Shown here: in pieces, positions 38,056-51,961 of the stretch | Position numbering within the stretch: position 1 is the stretch's first letter | Layout of the letters: each line of letters starts with the position of its first letter | Origin: Spironucleus salmonicida | Taxonomy: Eukaryota | DNA: 64,000 bases | Direction: 5' to 3' | Assembly: GCF_000497125.1 (NCBI RefSeq) | Contig: NC_090598.1 | Location: forward strand, 1,364,001-1,428,000 | Notes under the pieces: generated by a model | The model's input: the letters and a program-made list of their open reading frames with translations, nothing else | Database searches by the model: none | Told to the model about the DNA's origin: nothing | Made by a program: the position numbers and the translations under genes

Positions 38056-40788
38056 TCATTTAATTGCTTCTTTTGCTGAATTTTAAACATCTTAAGTTAA
38101 GGATTTCCATGACCAATGAACTAAGATCATTTCAAAAGATGATAGATTTTCTAAAGATTTTTAGACCAACTTTGAGTTTTATTTCATCAAGCAATACATC
38201 AATAGATCTCTTTTTTCTATATATTAAGTATACTCAGCTAACTAAAAATCAATATATGCCTAGTTCAGTAAAATGTTTGATAAAATAAGTTTTTATTATT
38301 TACTTGATAATTTTTATATTAAACTATCAAAAACTTTTGTATCTTGAGGACTACACTTGGAAAGTAATCCCACTGCTAAATGATTATTAAGAAATTCATC
38401 ATCTATATTATATTTTCCTAACTTATGATATAAAGTTTTTATTTCTGAATATAATTATAAATTAGCTACATCACAAGAATTTTTTTAAGAGCATTATAAA
38501 GATATTTCCTAACCTATTTTTTACATAATTTAACTAATATTATCTGCTTTGATTGAAATAAACTTATTTATCAATTTATTTTTTGATAGAATTTACAAAC
38601 ATTATTACATGGTATCAAGGATATTTTTAGAATCAGTTGTGCATAAAGAAGCTAACATATCTAAACCCAATAAGTATTCTTTATCAGATATAAATTTTGT
38701 AGCTAGCTATTTATATAATTTATTTTCAAATTATTAATCTTAGTCATTAATATCTTCCGCAATTTAGTCTAATATTTGAGATTAGTCTAAGAAGTTATTT
38801 CCGAATAAAGCCAGTTAAGGTAAACAGTTTATATAAAACATATTATTGTGAATCTAATATTAAATTAAATTCTTCATATACAATGGGAAATCATCATTTA
38901 ACGATTCTGGAGTAAACAACTATATGAATAGCTGTTTTTAATCTAACATAACATCCTTTAATGCTTTTAGTAAACTATCTATTACCATATCTTCATTAAA
39001 ATATTAGTAAGCTTTTCGAATAGCCTTATCATATTAACGTAATTCATGATATAATCTGACTTAGTCGATTAAACTAGGCTCTTTTTCTATAAGAAAACCT
39101 ACCAACCCACTTCTTTGACTTTCTTTAGTTAAAAGTTCTGCACAATTTCGAAATACTCCATTACTGTCATACCCTTCCAAATCTTTTTCAATTTCTTTAA
39201 ATAAATCTTTATCTGTTTTACCTGCATTAGATGTGTCTAATGCTTTCAAATATGCCTTATATATTAACATTTTTTTAATAATATCATTTTAAAGATTAAA
39301 TAATTATGCTATTTTTAGTGCAAGTTCGCCATACCCACTACTTATTAATTGGAAGCACAAAGAATCAATATCATCCATTTTAAACTCCGTTAAAAACCCT
39401 TAAATATTTCCAATAGAGATTTTAGTTCTTAAAATTTTCTTACTTTAGTCAAATTAACGTGTAACATCCAACTACTCTTGTGGTTCCAAAAATAATTTAC
39501 AGAACGATGACGTTTTTAAACATTAAACAGATTAATTCAATTCAAATGATTATGAACTAAGATTAATTAGTTGTAATAAAGCAATTTTTAAATCAGAAAT
39601 TCCAAGTATTAATTACTCGCTTCTATCTACTGTAGCCTTATCTAATTTAGTACAACTATGCTGCTAATAGGCCATTAATAAAGAATTGATATCTTAATTT
39701 TAAAGAATCTTAATATCTTCAGTCAATATTATATTAGGGCTTATACCTGATATCATAAGTACTGAATTTTAAAAAGATTATAAGAATAATGCTTATTTAT
39801 TTGAAATTTAGATTTCCTGAGAATTTTATGAAGGAATTATTGCTAAAACTTATGATGAAATTTAATTTGAATAAATTGGTAAAATATCAAGAAATTCAAA
39901 TGGAAAAGGATCAATTTGCGATACTTCATGTGTGAAAACTTAGACTTATATTTAAGTAAAATCAATTAAAACAATGATTTCCAGGGATGCCATCAAGAAT
40001 AGCATATCATTATTATGCAAAATTGATTTAAAAAATTAAGAATTTGATTGTGATATATTAGAATTTAATGATGCTAATGTATAGCTAACATTTTTGTTTT
40101 AATCTCTGCAATACAACACTGATACTTTTGATATTTCATTTGAATTAAAATTTACAATAATATGACTACCAAATTATGAACATTAATTAGGGATAAATTA
40201 AATATGGTTAATTTAATTTTATAATAATATTTGTGGTTTAAATGATTTGACTTTTAATTTACCATTAACAAAAATTTAAAATAAGTCATCTATATAACTA
40301 ATACTATTATCGTTAAACACTGCACATATTCCATTTTTTCTAATAGAAAAAGCTGTAATGTATTATTAATGATTAGGATCGTGAATAAGGCAATTTCTGT
40401 GAATAAGTATACCAGTTTATGTATATAGCTTAAATTCGCCATCCTTGTATAGAACTAATATTTGACCAGAGAAATTAATACTCTAGACACAAACAATATT
40501 TTATGGATGTGATAGTATAAATTATGATTGTAAATTACCTGCATGGTTGAAAACATAAAGTGTCTTACGAATGGTATCAAAGCCTGGAAACCTAAAATCA
40601 GAAGAATTATGCATATCTTTATGTTTATAAAATAATGCAACCCCTAGATTACTTGAAGTTATAAAGAAATTTTCTGCATTAATTTCAATACTATTAAATA
40701 TACTGATATAGTCGGCACTGCAACTGGGATAAATTTCAAACTCTTTAACAAAGAAGTTTTAAGAAATTTAAACTGAGGAGTCAGTCAT
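38056..40788 (-). CDS. VPS16: Vps16-like HOPS/CORVET subunit (910 aa)
   Basis: Open frame scanned. QRSGLVGFLIEKEPSLIDQVRLYHELRQYDKAIRKA resembles the Vps16_C motif GR..LA..LLE.EP....QVPLLL......AL.KA; size fits. Confidence 0.65.
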
Positions 40789-40979
40789 TTGATTTAAATT
40801 ATTAAATCATAATAAGATATATTATTATATTGTAATTTTTAGTATTCAAGTTTATTTAATAGATATATACTACTAATTACCTTTGGTAATAATAATAATA
40901 TTTTATGCAAAATTGTATGTAATATCCATATTATATGATTTATACACTATTCAGTAATGCCATTTCACTGGTGTCACCT

Positions 40980-41351
40980 ATGGAAGTAAAATAAGTCATT
41001 AAAAAAGTATCGTGGTCAGAAGATGAGATCCTTACTTTACATTAATTATACTTATAATATGGAAATAGGTGGGCCCTTTATACTGAACATTTTTCGCGTA
41101 GAACTGAATAATCTATTAAGTCAAAATTTAATACCTTAGTTAAGTTAGCGTAGTCTTCGTTTGTTGTAGATCAACCTATATTATCCTATTTTAAGTAATT
41201 TTAAATTGCATAACATGGTGGTGAACGTGTTCACTAACAGAAGCATACAAACTAATTTGACTTAAATCAAATACAAGATAACCACTCGACCTTAAATTTA
41301 ACATGTTTAGTAGATGAGTGGGTTACTATACTTAAGGGGCTCTCATAGTGA
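40980..41351 (+). CDS. single-repeat Myb/SANT DNA-binding protein (start may be at in-frame ATG 40905 or 40935)
   Basis: WSEDEILTLHQLYLQYGNRWALYTEHFSRRTEQSIKSKF is a Myb repeat; ends TAG-TGA. Confidence 0.85.
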
Positions 41352-42630
41352 TACTAAATATTTAACCTATTTAGAATGCAATATTAGTTTATTATTATAA
41401 TAAACTTATCTCTACATAGTATTATGAATCTACATTTATATATCAATGAGTTAAAGAACCTTCTATATTTTAGCTGATATTTAAAAATTCAAATCTTATA
41501 ATACAAAATAAATATATGTTTAATATAAAATTAGAATTGTATTATCAATTTTAAATCCATTATATGTATATCTCTCTTTTGGCTTGTATTGCATCATTAT
41601 TATTAATATAGATATGAGTATTATTTTTATTTAGATTATTATTTTTTTAATTTTTACTAAGAACAATAAACAAAAGCGAATCATCTAAAATCAAGCAAAT
41701 AATCTTATTTTAATCGTGAATTATACTTCATATTAATAATATTAAAAACATTATAATTATTATACATATAATTTATATATAATAAAAATTTCACTAATAA
41801 GATGTTGTAATTTTACTATAATTTAAATGTAAAGGATATATTAGAATATGAATTTTAGTATTAAGCGCATATTAATGGCTAAATCTTAACTTAGTAAAAA
41901 TAAAAACATATATCAAAGTAAAAAATTATCGTATTCATAGTTATAAAAACTATAAATATATTGATATAAACTTATTGCTAATGAGTATAAAGTAATAATA
42001 TATAATTAATTTTTATGCGTAATAAGTACAAAGCCACATGATTAAGTTTAAAATAATAATTTTAGTTAATTAAATGATATATCATTGACAAATTCTATTT
42101 CTGTTACAATTAATCATTAATCTTATAGTGAAATTTTATACTGGTGGTAAAATCATACTGAATATGAGCTATGTAGAGCTTAATATTAGTAAATATGTAC
42201 ATTTGTTTAAATGCATATGAAAGCATTTTTGTAAACCTAAAATATGTATAAGAATTTTCCGTACCCTATACATATTGAGTGAAATATAAAATGCTAGACT
42301 GGGCTATATTATTAAATTCACATCAAAATCATAAAATGATAATAATATAGTTATGTCTACATAATTTCTAAAATTAATAATTTTATAAGTTTAAAAATGG
42401 AAACTACTTTTACTAAGATATAAATAAAACTAAAAAGATTAAAATAGTTTAAAATTTTATTCACAGTTAAATTATTCTAAAGGTGCAATAAAAGTATTTG
42501 CACTCAAGAAACTTAACTAAGATGATATATTAATATTTACTATTTTTGGAAAACAAAATATTAAATAGTTTTACATATAAATCTTTATATTCACTATAAA
42601 TAGTATATGTATAATAAAATTATATTACGG

Positions 42631-44370
42631 TCATTAAATAAGAGGAATTGATTTTGATTCCAATGAAATTTTTCTTTGCTGCATGCTCATATTTTCACTT
42701 AAACTGACCTTATATGGTGCAGGATTAACCGCACGCTTATGATCAGGTCTTAAGTAATACATTCTTTCGATAACTTCTTAACGTATTTCTTCAACTGTTT
42801 TATGAATTAATTTTATAAAGTTACTATTATCCGTTTTATGAGGATAAAGGAGTTTACCATCTAAAATATAATCAATAAACAACCTTTCAACCTTAGCAGG
42901 TAATATTTTAACCCTTAATAACTCATCTTAAGGATGTATACATATGATGATTTCTCCTAACTGAGGGGCTTATTCCTCAGGAGAACAAATTAAATCGTCA
43001 AATGGCTCACCGTTACTTAAAAATAAACGATATACTTCTTTAGCTCCTGCAATCGTAGCTTTCCCCTTTTCTGCTGATAATTTCATTTTAGGAATACCAG
43101 ATTTTTCGACAAGTTTAAAAACACCTCCAAGAGCAGGCTGTGACTTGCATGTGACCAAATGAGTGCCAATTCCATAAGCATTTATTTTGGCAGAATCTTT
43201 AATAAGTTGATAAAGTACTTCTTCTGTAATGTCATTACTAACAACAATTTTTGCTTAGGCTATTTCATGTTCATAATTTTTATTAGTAATTGATTTAAAT
43301 GCCTCAACCATTAAAATATCTACACTATCTAATAAATCACGAGTTTACTTACTAAAATAACAAAGATCCCCACTGTCAATTCTCAAGCCTTTTGGTTTAT
43401 AACTTAATTCAATTAAAGATAATGCTACAATTATAAAATTATGAACACCAGAGTCCAAAATATTATAGGTATCAACTAATACTGTGAAATTTTTAGGTTA
43501 TGTATACGCAAAAACTGCAAAACTAGTTAACTCAGATTCATTAGCACAATATTACATGAATATGGAATTTTTTGATTAAAATAAAAACTACCTCCAAAAT
43601 AAACATCTACTAACAAATTGTGTAAATCCTTCACCTAAGCTATGGTTTTTAACGTATATTTCAAGAGATTCAGAGAAACTCATAATAAAACTATGTGCTA
43701 CCGTACCAGATGGTAGCATCCCACATCTTCTAGCGGCCTCAATATTTGATGTAGAATTAAACCCTCCCATCATAGCATATTTTGAAGCAGATAGACCCCC
43801 ATCAATACCTTATGCTCGACGTAGACCAAACTCTAATAGATGAACAGAGTTAATGCAATTTTTTACAAATAATTTAACATCAGCTTATCTTGTTAACTAT
43901 AAATTTGAAAATTCTGGATGGGCTGCCATTCTGAATCTACAGGCGTTTGTAGTCACCAATGTAGCAAAATTAATTAACGTCAATGCAGTCGTCTCTAATA
44001 GTTATACAAATCCTAAAGGACCACTTATTACTAACAAAGGCTCATTTGCAAATACAATCTACCCTTCAACTGGAGCTTTAACTGTTAACATAGAGTAATC
44101 CAATGATATGAGATACTCGAAAAATAATGGATCAGCATTAGGAAGGGTTTATTTTAAAAAGTTAATTTCATTTTCAGTATAGTGAAAATTAACTAAAAAC
44201 TCCATAAATTATCCGATTCCTGCAAAGATAGCATATTCACCATGAAAAGGATTCTTTCTAAAAAATAACTCAAAAGTTGCTCTATCATTATGACTATTGG
44301 ATATAAAATATGAATATGCCATTGATATTTAATACTAGTCAGTTAATAATGGCGTAATTCTATGATCCAT
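42631..44370 (-). CDS. NAPRT: nicotinate phosphoribosyltransferase (NAPRT/PncB), 579 aa
   Basis: [73 protein letters not shown]. Confidence 0.95.
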
Positions 44371-44441
44371 TTATAAAAATTTAAAAAGATTTCATACTAA
44401 TATTAAATTGTCAATAAAAAGTAATTTTCAATTAAATTTTT

Positions 44442-44453
44442 ATTTCCACTCCA
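44442..44453 (+). promoter_or_regulatory. C-rich upstream motif ATTTCCACTCCA before eL24
   Basis: Identical 12-mer ending 6-7 nt before the ATG of both ribosomal protein genes; variants precede many other genes. Confidence 0.65.
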
Positions 44454-44460
44454 ACGTAGA

Positions 44461-44766
44461 ATGGTACTTACTACAACCTGTAACTATTCTGGCCGCCAAA
44501 TTTTACCTGGCTATGGTAAGCGTTTTGCTAAGCTTGATAAGTCTCTTGTTATCTTTATCAACAGAAAGAGCGCTGTTCATTTTATCTCTAAATGGAACCC
44601 TCGTAGAATTAGATGGACTTCTGTTTACCGTCGTTTACACGGCAAGGAAATTAATGTATCTACTAAAAAGACTATTCAGGTCAAGGCTGTTGCGGTTTCT
44701 CGTGGATACGTTGGTATCGAATCATCTAAGCTTGATGAACTCCGTAAGAAATATCTTTCCAAGTGA
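44461..44766 (+). CDS. RPL24: 60S ribosomal protein eL24
   Basis: CNYSGRQILPGYGKRF...KWNPRRIRWTSVYRRLHGK; ends in AGTGA. Confidence 0.93.
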   Translation: MVLTTTCNYSGRQILPGYGKRFAKLDKSLVIFINRKSAVHFISKWNPRRIRWTSVYRRLHGKEINVSTKKTIQVKAVAVSRGYVGIESSKLDELRKKYLSK

Positions 44767-44924
44767 CTTAATATTTGATTAAAAAAGTATTATATGAGTT
44801 ATTTAAATAATTGTATATTAAAAGAACAGCTACTTTAAAATCGTCTATAATTATTTTCTATATTTTTAAGTGCATTACATATATTATACGTGTAATAATA
44901 AATTATAATTAGATTTTAAAATGG

Positions 44925-44936
44925 ATTTCCACTCCA
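44925..44936 (+). promoter_or_regulatory. C-rich upstream motif ATTTCCACTCCA before eS17
   Basis: Exact match to 44442-44453. Confidence 0.65.
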
Positions 44937-44942
44937 TTTGTC

Positions 44943-45296
44943 ATGGCTAAGATCAGAACTAAGACTGTGAAGAGAGCATCCCGCAAGGTTATTGAAGCTC
45001 ATTTTAACAAACTTTCTCACGATTATACTGAAAATAAGAAAGCTTTCCGTTCTAATAAAATTGCTAAAGTCTAGACCAAACGTCTTAGAAATAAGATTGT
45101 AGGTTACACTACTCGTCTTATGGTTCGTCTTCAGAAAGGTCCTATTAATGGTATATCTCTTAAGCTCTAGGAAGAAGAACGTGAAAGAAGAGATAACTAT
45201 GTTCCTGAGAGATCATTATTCGAGATCGAAAAACTTACCTGTTCGGAAGATACCTATTAAATGACTAAACATATCGGTTTTACATTTACTGAATGA
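44943..45296 (+). CDS. RPS17: 40S ribosomal protein eS17 (117 aa)
   Basis: [15 protein letters not shown]...[15 protein letters not shown]...[20 protein letters not shown]. The conserved Gln of KLQEEE is encoded by TAG. Confidence 0.96.
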
Positions 45297-45316
45297 TATA
45301 ATTTTGTAAAAATAGT

Positions 45317-47257
45317 TCACTTTTGTATAGGCCATCGTAATTATATAGAAATTCCACCACTACTACTTCCATAAACAATGCTATCCTAACATGAGTCAAA
45401 GGTTTAGATTTCTGCCAATTTAAATATTTATCTTTCTTAAAAATCATCATTTTTAATATCAATTTAATATACCATACCTTTAGAAATAGCATTGATGAAA
45501 TCACCTTCTTATATTATAAAGTTTACATCGTTTGGCATAATCCAATCTAGTTTGATCAGTGGAATACCATTTTCAATACCACCAAGCAAAAATACATGAT
45601 TTCCACTAATATAAGCAACACCTTATGGTAAACTAATTGCTGATAAAACTACTTAATCAACTTGAAATTCTGATATCTTATTTTGCTATATATTATACTC
45701 ATAACAGTTTAATGTATCAGTAAAAATATAAGCATTACCATTAAGTTCTGTAATTATTTGAGGTCTGTTTTCAAGTTAAATCTTAATTCCCTCTTTACCT
45801 AGTTCTGAAATTAATAATAAATTATCCGATCTTGCTGAAATAATAAAATCACCTATAAGACACAAACAGGTAACGCTAGCCGAATATATATTTAGTTCAT
45901 CATAACAACTATTTAATAATAAATATTCAACACCATCTTCTGCACTTTATGTAATAAATGAGGTTGACATCCGAGAAGCTATCATGGTATTAAGTTATAA
46001 TAAATATGGACTAGATGTACTGCCATATGCAATTAAATAAGTTTTAAATTATCTTCCTTCTTATATCATTGTCTAACTTAGTAGCAATGAACCAAAGGGT
46101 TTCCCAGAATATATTTAAAGTATTTCTGGAATCATTGTATTATCATCAAATAAAATATTTAGCTTAAAAATATTAATTGTTCCATCTGACTACGATATAA
46201 TGAATCTATTTCTATTTTGCATTAAATGAATGGATACAATGTCCGAATTTTATATATTGGAGGTTATTATATTGCCAGAAATAAATTATTACTAATCGTT
46301 AAAAATAATAATAAATGCTTGTCCTACCTAATCACCAAATATAATAATTCGGCTGCATTCAATATTTTTAACATCTTTAGCATCTTCATCTTTCTATAGT
46401 AAATCGCATTCACAGAAAACATTTTCACATGTACATAAGTGTTACTTGTTTTATTCAGTAACTTTTAGGATTTTTTCTAATAAATTTGTCTAAATTGCTG
46501 ATATAGATGAACTTGTAGCCTTAATAAATGCTGAAAATGATATATACTATTATACATCTTCCTTTAACAATGTATCTTAATCCAAAATTTAATTTTGGTT
46601 TAATTATATTTATTTTTGATATTTGAAAAATTGATCTTATGTATCTATTGTAATATTAGACATTTAACTATTAAGTTTTTCAAGTAAAAAATCAATTGAT
46701 AATGCAGAAATTTTCATCTCAGATAGATACTTTTCTTATTATGATTTTTAGTCATTTTATTAAATTTCTTCTTGATTACTTGTAAATTTTGATTCTAATA
46801 TTTCATTAGTTAGAGATTCTAATTTAATTTATTCTAATTAATCAATTTATGGTTGTAAATAGACTTTCTAAAGTATATCAGATTAAGTAAACAATATTGG
46901 TGTTGGCAAATTAGATAGTGATTCCTTGTTTTGAGATTTATCTAGAAATAAAGGATCGTATCTTTGTAAAGTTTAGTTAATTAAATGAACAGTTGAGCAA
47001 GAGTGAGGCTCAAACAATTAAAAAGGTTTATTACATGCATGAAGTTAACCCTTAGAGTCAATATGCATTTCAATATCTAATAACTACAAAGATTTTTACA
47101 ATAATGCAACTAGTAATCCCTTTGGTACATTTTATGGATCTGGTGCAAATTTAGATATATCCAATTCATTAAAAAATGAAAATGCAGCATGTTCATATCC
47201 TTATTCTAGTAAATATCTATAAACTAAATAATTAAGTTCATTTGCATGAAGACTCAT
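45317..47257 (-). CDS. TBL1/SIF2-like LisH + WD40 protein (646 aa)
   Basis: N-terminal MSLHANELNYLVYRYLLEQGYEHAAFSF...VPKGLLVALLQK matches the TBL1 LisH; beta-rich C-terminal half. Confidence 0.8.
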
Positions 47258-48052
47258 TATAATAGGAAAGAAAAATATGATACGTATGATCTATACTATA
47301 TTATATAATATTAAAAGAGTAGAGTCATATATTTATTTAATTATTGTGTCCCTAATTTCATCCTCTAGTCTTCAGGCTAGGAAAGTATTAGTATTATGAA
47401 AGGGTATAGATAATTAATTCATTTAATAGCATTTGGTAATTTAACTTATATATTACTATTCATTTTATTATATATGTATATAATTTAATTAGTTAGTAAT
47501 CATTTTTCTTAATAAACTGCAAGCTTATATCAGTTCCTTGATTTATTATTATTCAAGTATAATCTAATCTTATTGGTATATCTGATTTTATTTAAACATG
47601 ACTATTATGACGACCTTGAAACTTATATATTATAAAATTATTCCATAATAATACGATTATTACTAATTGGATAACTTGCTGAAATGTAATATCTGTAATG
47701 ATATATATATTTATAATAATTAATCTATTAACACGAAGCGCCTTATTAAATTATGGCTTCATTAAATTCCTATAATTAATAATATTTTATAATAAATATA
47801 AATATTAAATTAATGCATTTAAGTAGTATTTACATATCGTTTTCAACTTAATAAATGCTAAACTTAAAATATATACAAAATCAAGGATTATATTTAAAAT
47901 ATTGTATTAAGAAATAACATGCAGTAAATATATTTATAATATTTAAAGGAATGATATTAAATTTATCAAATGACAGAAATATATAAAATTATAAAAAAAT
48001 AAAATTATATTATTATCATACTACATCAATCTTAAAATTTATTTCATTAAAA

Positions 48053-51000
48053 ATGAGATCATGCTCACCAACTTCAAAAATAAGTAATAAACTTTAACAG
48101 TTGACTTAATATAATTAACAGATGCCAAATATTAAATAATAAGATCTAGTTGATTTAATTCACGTTCATCAGTAAAATTAGTTTCCGGAAGATGAGGTCC
48201 CTCCAAGCAAGTTACCTTATAAATTGAAAGTCTCAAAATTTCCAACTAATAAACCCATAAGTAAAGAAGAAAGGGGTTGGTTACTGTAGCTAGTGTAACA
48301 AGAGTTGGTAAAGACACTTAATTAACATTCTGCATTAGAATTAGCTAGCTAAATTTAGTTTGAATTAGCAAGACATATGTAAAATGCTTTTAAAATTCCT
48401 ATTTTTTAGCATAATTAAAATCCATTTTCAGAACTCATTTTTATCTAGAAAAAGTTATCTGATTTTATCGCGGATATATCATCAAACTCTTTAATTGATA
48501 ATATTGATTAGTATTCAGAGACATTAAGATCTAATAATTAAGATAATAAAATTTTCATCATGGAAACATAATAAAAATAGTTATAAATTGAATATGACTC
48601 ATTAAAAACGACATATTAAATTGAACAGTAAAAAATATCAACAATAGAATTTTAAGTATAGGAAATGAGAAAATAGAGGGATGATAAACATGAAATAAAC
48701 ACCAGATTAGTAGATAAAATTAAAAAAATGTAAAATGAAATAGAAGAAAAATAATTACAAATAGAAGAATTAAAACTACAAAAAAATTCAAATATTATTG
48801 TTAATGATGTAGTTTCTTCAAACAAAATTTAGCTTTTACCTAGACCTCACTCTGTAAATACATCTAAAATATTAAAAAATACGGGTTCGTTATTTGATTC
48901 TAAAATGAAAAATAAATAATTATTAGTTTAATAAGATATCTTATTGCCTCATAATTATACCAGAGAAGATTCTTTGAAATATAGTTAGTTTTAAGTTAAA
49001 GTAGATGAAAATATAAGTTCAATTAGTAATCATCTAAATACTACTCTTGTAAATTCAACTACATAAAAATAAATTCATGATAAAACACATCTTGTAAATT
49101 AGTTTGAAGCAGAAATTGATATGATTCCAACATAATAAGTAATGAAGTATAACCCTAAGTATAAGACATAAGTTCCAGAAACTATTGGTTATTCAAGAGT
49201 TGAATAGGCTGAAATTATGATGTCTGATGGCCTAAAAGTTGAAGAAGTAGAAAGTTTATTTGATCCTTAATTTCCCGATAACTACATATCTTGTAACTAT
49301 AATAATGCTGATATTATTAATTTTAGAGATACAGAGTTTAATCCTATAACAAGAGAAATTACAAGTATTAAAAAAAGAATAATACCAGATAATGTTAATG
49401 AATAAAATATTATTTTTTCTTCTTAAAAATTGGTTGAAGGAATAATTGATTAAGCTGAAGATGATAGTTATAATTTAGAAACTAAAGTAATTAATTTAAT
49501 ATAATAAGAAAACAACACAAATAAGACATTTGATCAGTTTTTTAGTTACACAAAAGATTAATTTTAATTTTAGCAATTGAAACTAACAATATAACAACAT
49601 AGAAATTCACTTTCACACTATACTATGCCTATACTACTCGATGATTCGTTATTAATTAATACAGACTATTAAATTAAGTATTAAACTCACAGTCCTCTTT
49701 TGAAGTAGATATAATGTATATAATTATAAAATTCAGCAGTATAAGCTATCTTAGGAACCACTTCGTCTGGAGGTATTATAGGGCTATATTCCGCTACAGA
49801 AAATGATATTTAGGATTCTATTAACTAAATTAAAACCTCATTTATAGCACCTGGGGGTGTTTCATACTCTAATTCAATATTTGGAGCAAATTTTGCAACT
49901 GCTTAGAAAAATCCATTTTCTTCCTAATAATAAATAAATTAAGATTGGAACATAATTAAAGGTGCAGTTAAAGAAAATATTGATACATTGTAAGAAATAA
50001 GAGATATTAAAGTTACTAAATTTTTTATGGATTTTTTAAAAAAGAGCAAAGAGCCACCGCATATCATGAATTTATTATTGTTTTACGTCAAATAGTATCT
50101 GGCTAGTAAAGCAGTTAGCTATAATTTATGCGGCCTTAAAAATAAGCCAAGCTGTTAATTAATGAAAATTTTAGGCCCAGTACCTATTTAGGATTTAATT
50201 TCATGTATCACAGGATAAGATTTTGACAAATTAATAAATGAAGGAGTGGTTAAAATCAATTAAAAAATATATAAAGAATTTTAAAATATTAGTAGCAGTA
50301 AAAATTAGGCAATATTTCTTGAAGCTATTAATAAACTAAATTTTGTTAATTCAGAGGAAATATTTGGTCTTTAGGCTATTAAAAAATGCCTAAAATAGAA
50401 CAAGTTAACTTTATACAATTATTAATAATTACTATAATAAGTTGATTTAATATTTACATCAAGATTCGCATTTTAAAGTAGAATTAAAGACCATTCTGTT
50501 TATTAACGTGGGTATATAGAATTTGTTTAATTTTTATATACTTTTATTCTAGAATAAAATAATTATATAAAAGAGTAAGCAGATAAAGTAATTGTTTCTC
50601 TTTCATATAGTTCATTAGTGTATATTGCTTATTTAAATATCAATGAGGAAAAAGAAAAAAGAAACTACATTCATTATGATAATGAAAAAGATAAGTTAAG
50701 TTTTTCTAGTACTTGTTCAGCTTGCAATTCATAATTATTAGTTATATTTCATTAGATATTAAATGATTAATTTTAGGAGCAAGATATAGAATTTATTATA
50801 TTTGTATATAATGTAATAAGAAATATTTCATCGTATAGTAGTATTATTAATTTTAGTTTTATAAAATAGGAAGTAGCAGAGGTAGCAATTACTAAAATAT
50901 TTTAATAACTTTAAGTAGCTGGTATATCTGGTTTTATGAAAACAGTAGTTGATGATGTATTGTAATAGCTGTATAAGGTTGTAATAAAAATTAATGATGA

Positions 51001-51958
51001 AAATATCATAGTAGATATAGGGAAAGTTATTTTTTTATGTTTAAAATGTAAAGAATAACTGTGTAGCCATTTTATTTCAACAACAGTATATAAATTTGAA
51101 AAATTAGACAATATTAAATTAGAAGATTATATTAGAATTATGATGACATTGGTACCAAAACTCAGCCCCTAATATCCTCCAATGCTTGATATGTTTAAAT
51201 CAATCTATATATCATATTTAATAAAAAATGGTAATATATCTATTAAAAATATGTTAACGAACCCTGATTTATATATTTCATAAAATATTACTAACTTTGA
51301 ACTCAAAATATATGATTATTACTCAGAATTTATACCTGTTTTAAAGCTTAATAGACTATTTTACTCCTTATCTGATATTTCATTAGTGCCAATAAATAAA
51401 TAATATGAATTATCTATATAAGAACTTACACCTAAAATTGAGTTAGCAGTTAAAATCATTTCATAGTCATTTGTGTCAAACGGCTTAGGTTTATCTCCTA
51501 TTTTTGAACCATTTATTATTCCAAGTGCATTTAATGCATGTGATTTTAGGTTAGGGGCAAATCCTGATACAGAATTAACATTTTTAGATTAGCAGCGACC
51601 GTTATCTCTGATGATTGGGAAATCTGTTACTTTATTGTTTCTAGGCTTTAAATAAGCTGCGACATAAGACCAGTTACATTCTATTAATTTTCTATAATAA
51701 ATGCTGACAATGATATTACGAGGATTATCAACATTAAGAGTATATCAAACTTTTAATCCAAAGTAACATGAGAAAAGGATATAATTAATTTCTTTTTATA
51801 GTAACCTCATATAATAAGTAGGAGATTTTATTATGTAAAACACATATATTGATGAGCTAAAATCAGCGATTGGGGTAGATTTTGATGAAAGTATCATAAA
51901 CGATGTTGATAGATTAATGATGCTAAGTAGAAATTTTCTGCTACAATGGAAAAAATGA
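48053..51958 (+). CDS. large hypothetical protein with N-terminal coiled coil (1301 aa)
   Basis: No in-frame TGA found from ATG 48053 to 51956; no confident family. Confidence 0.75.
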
Positions 51959-51961
51959 GTA

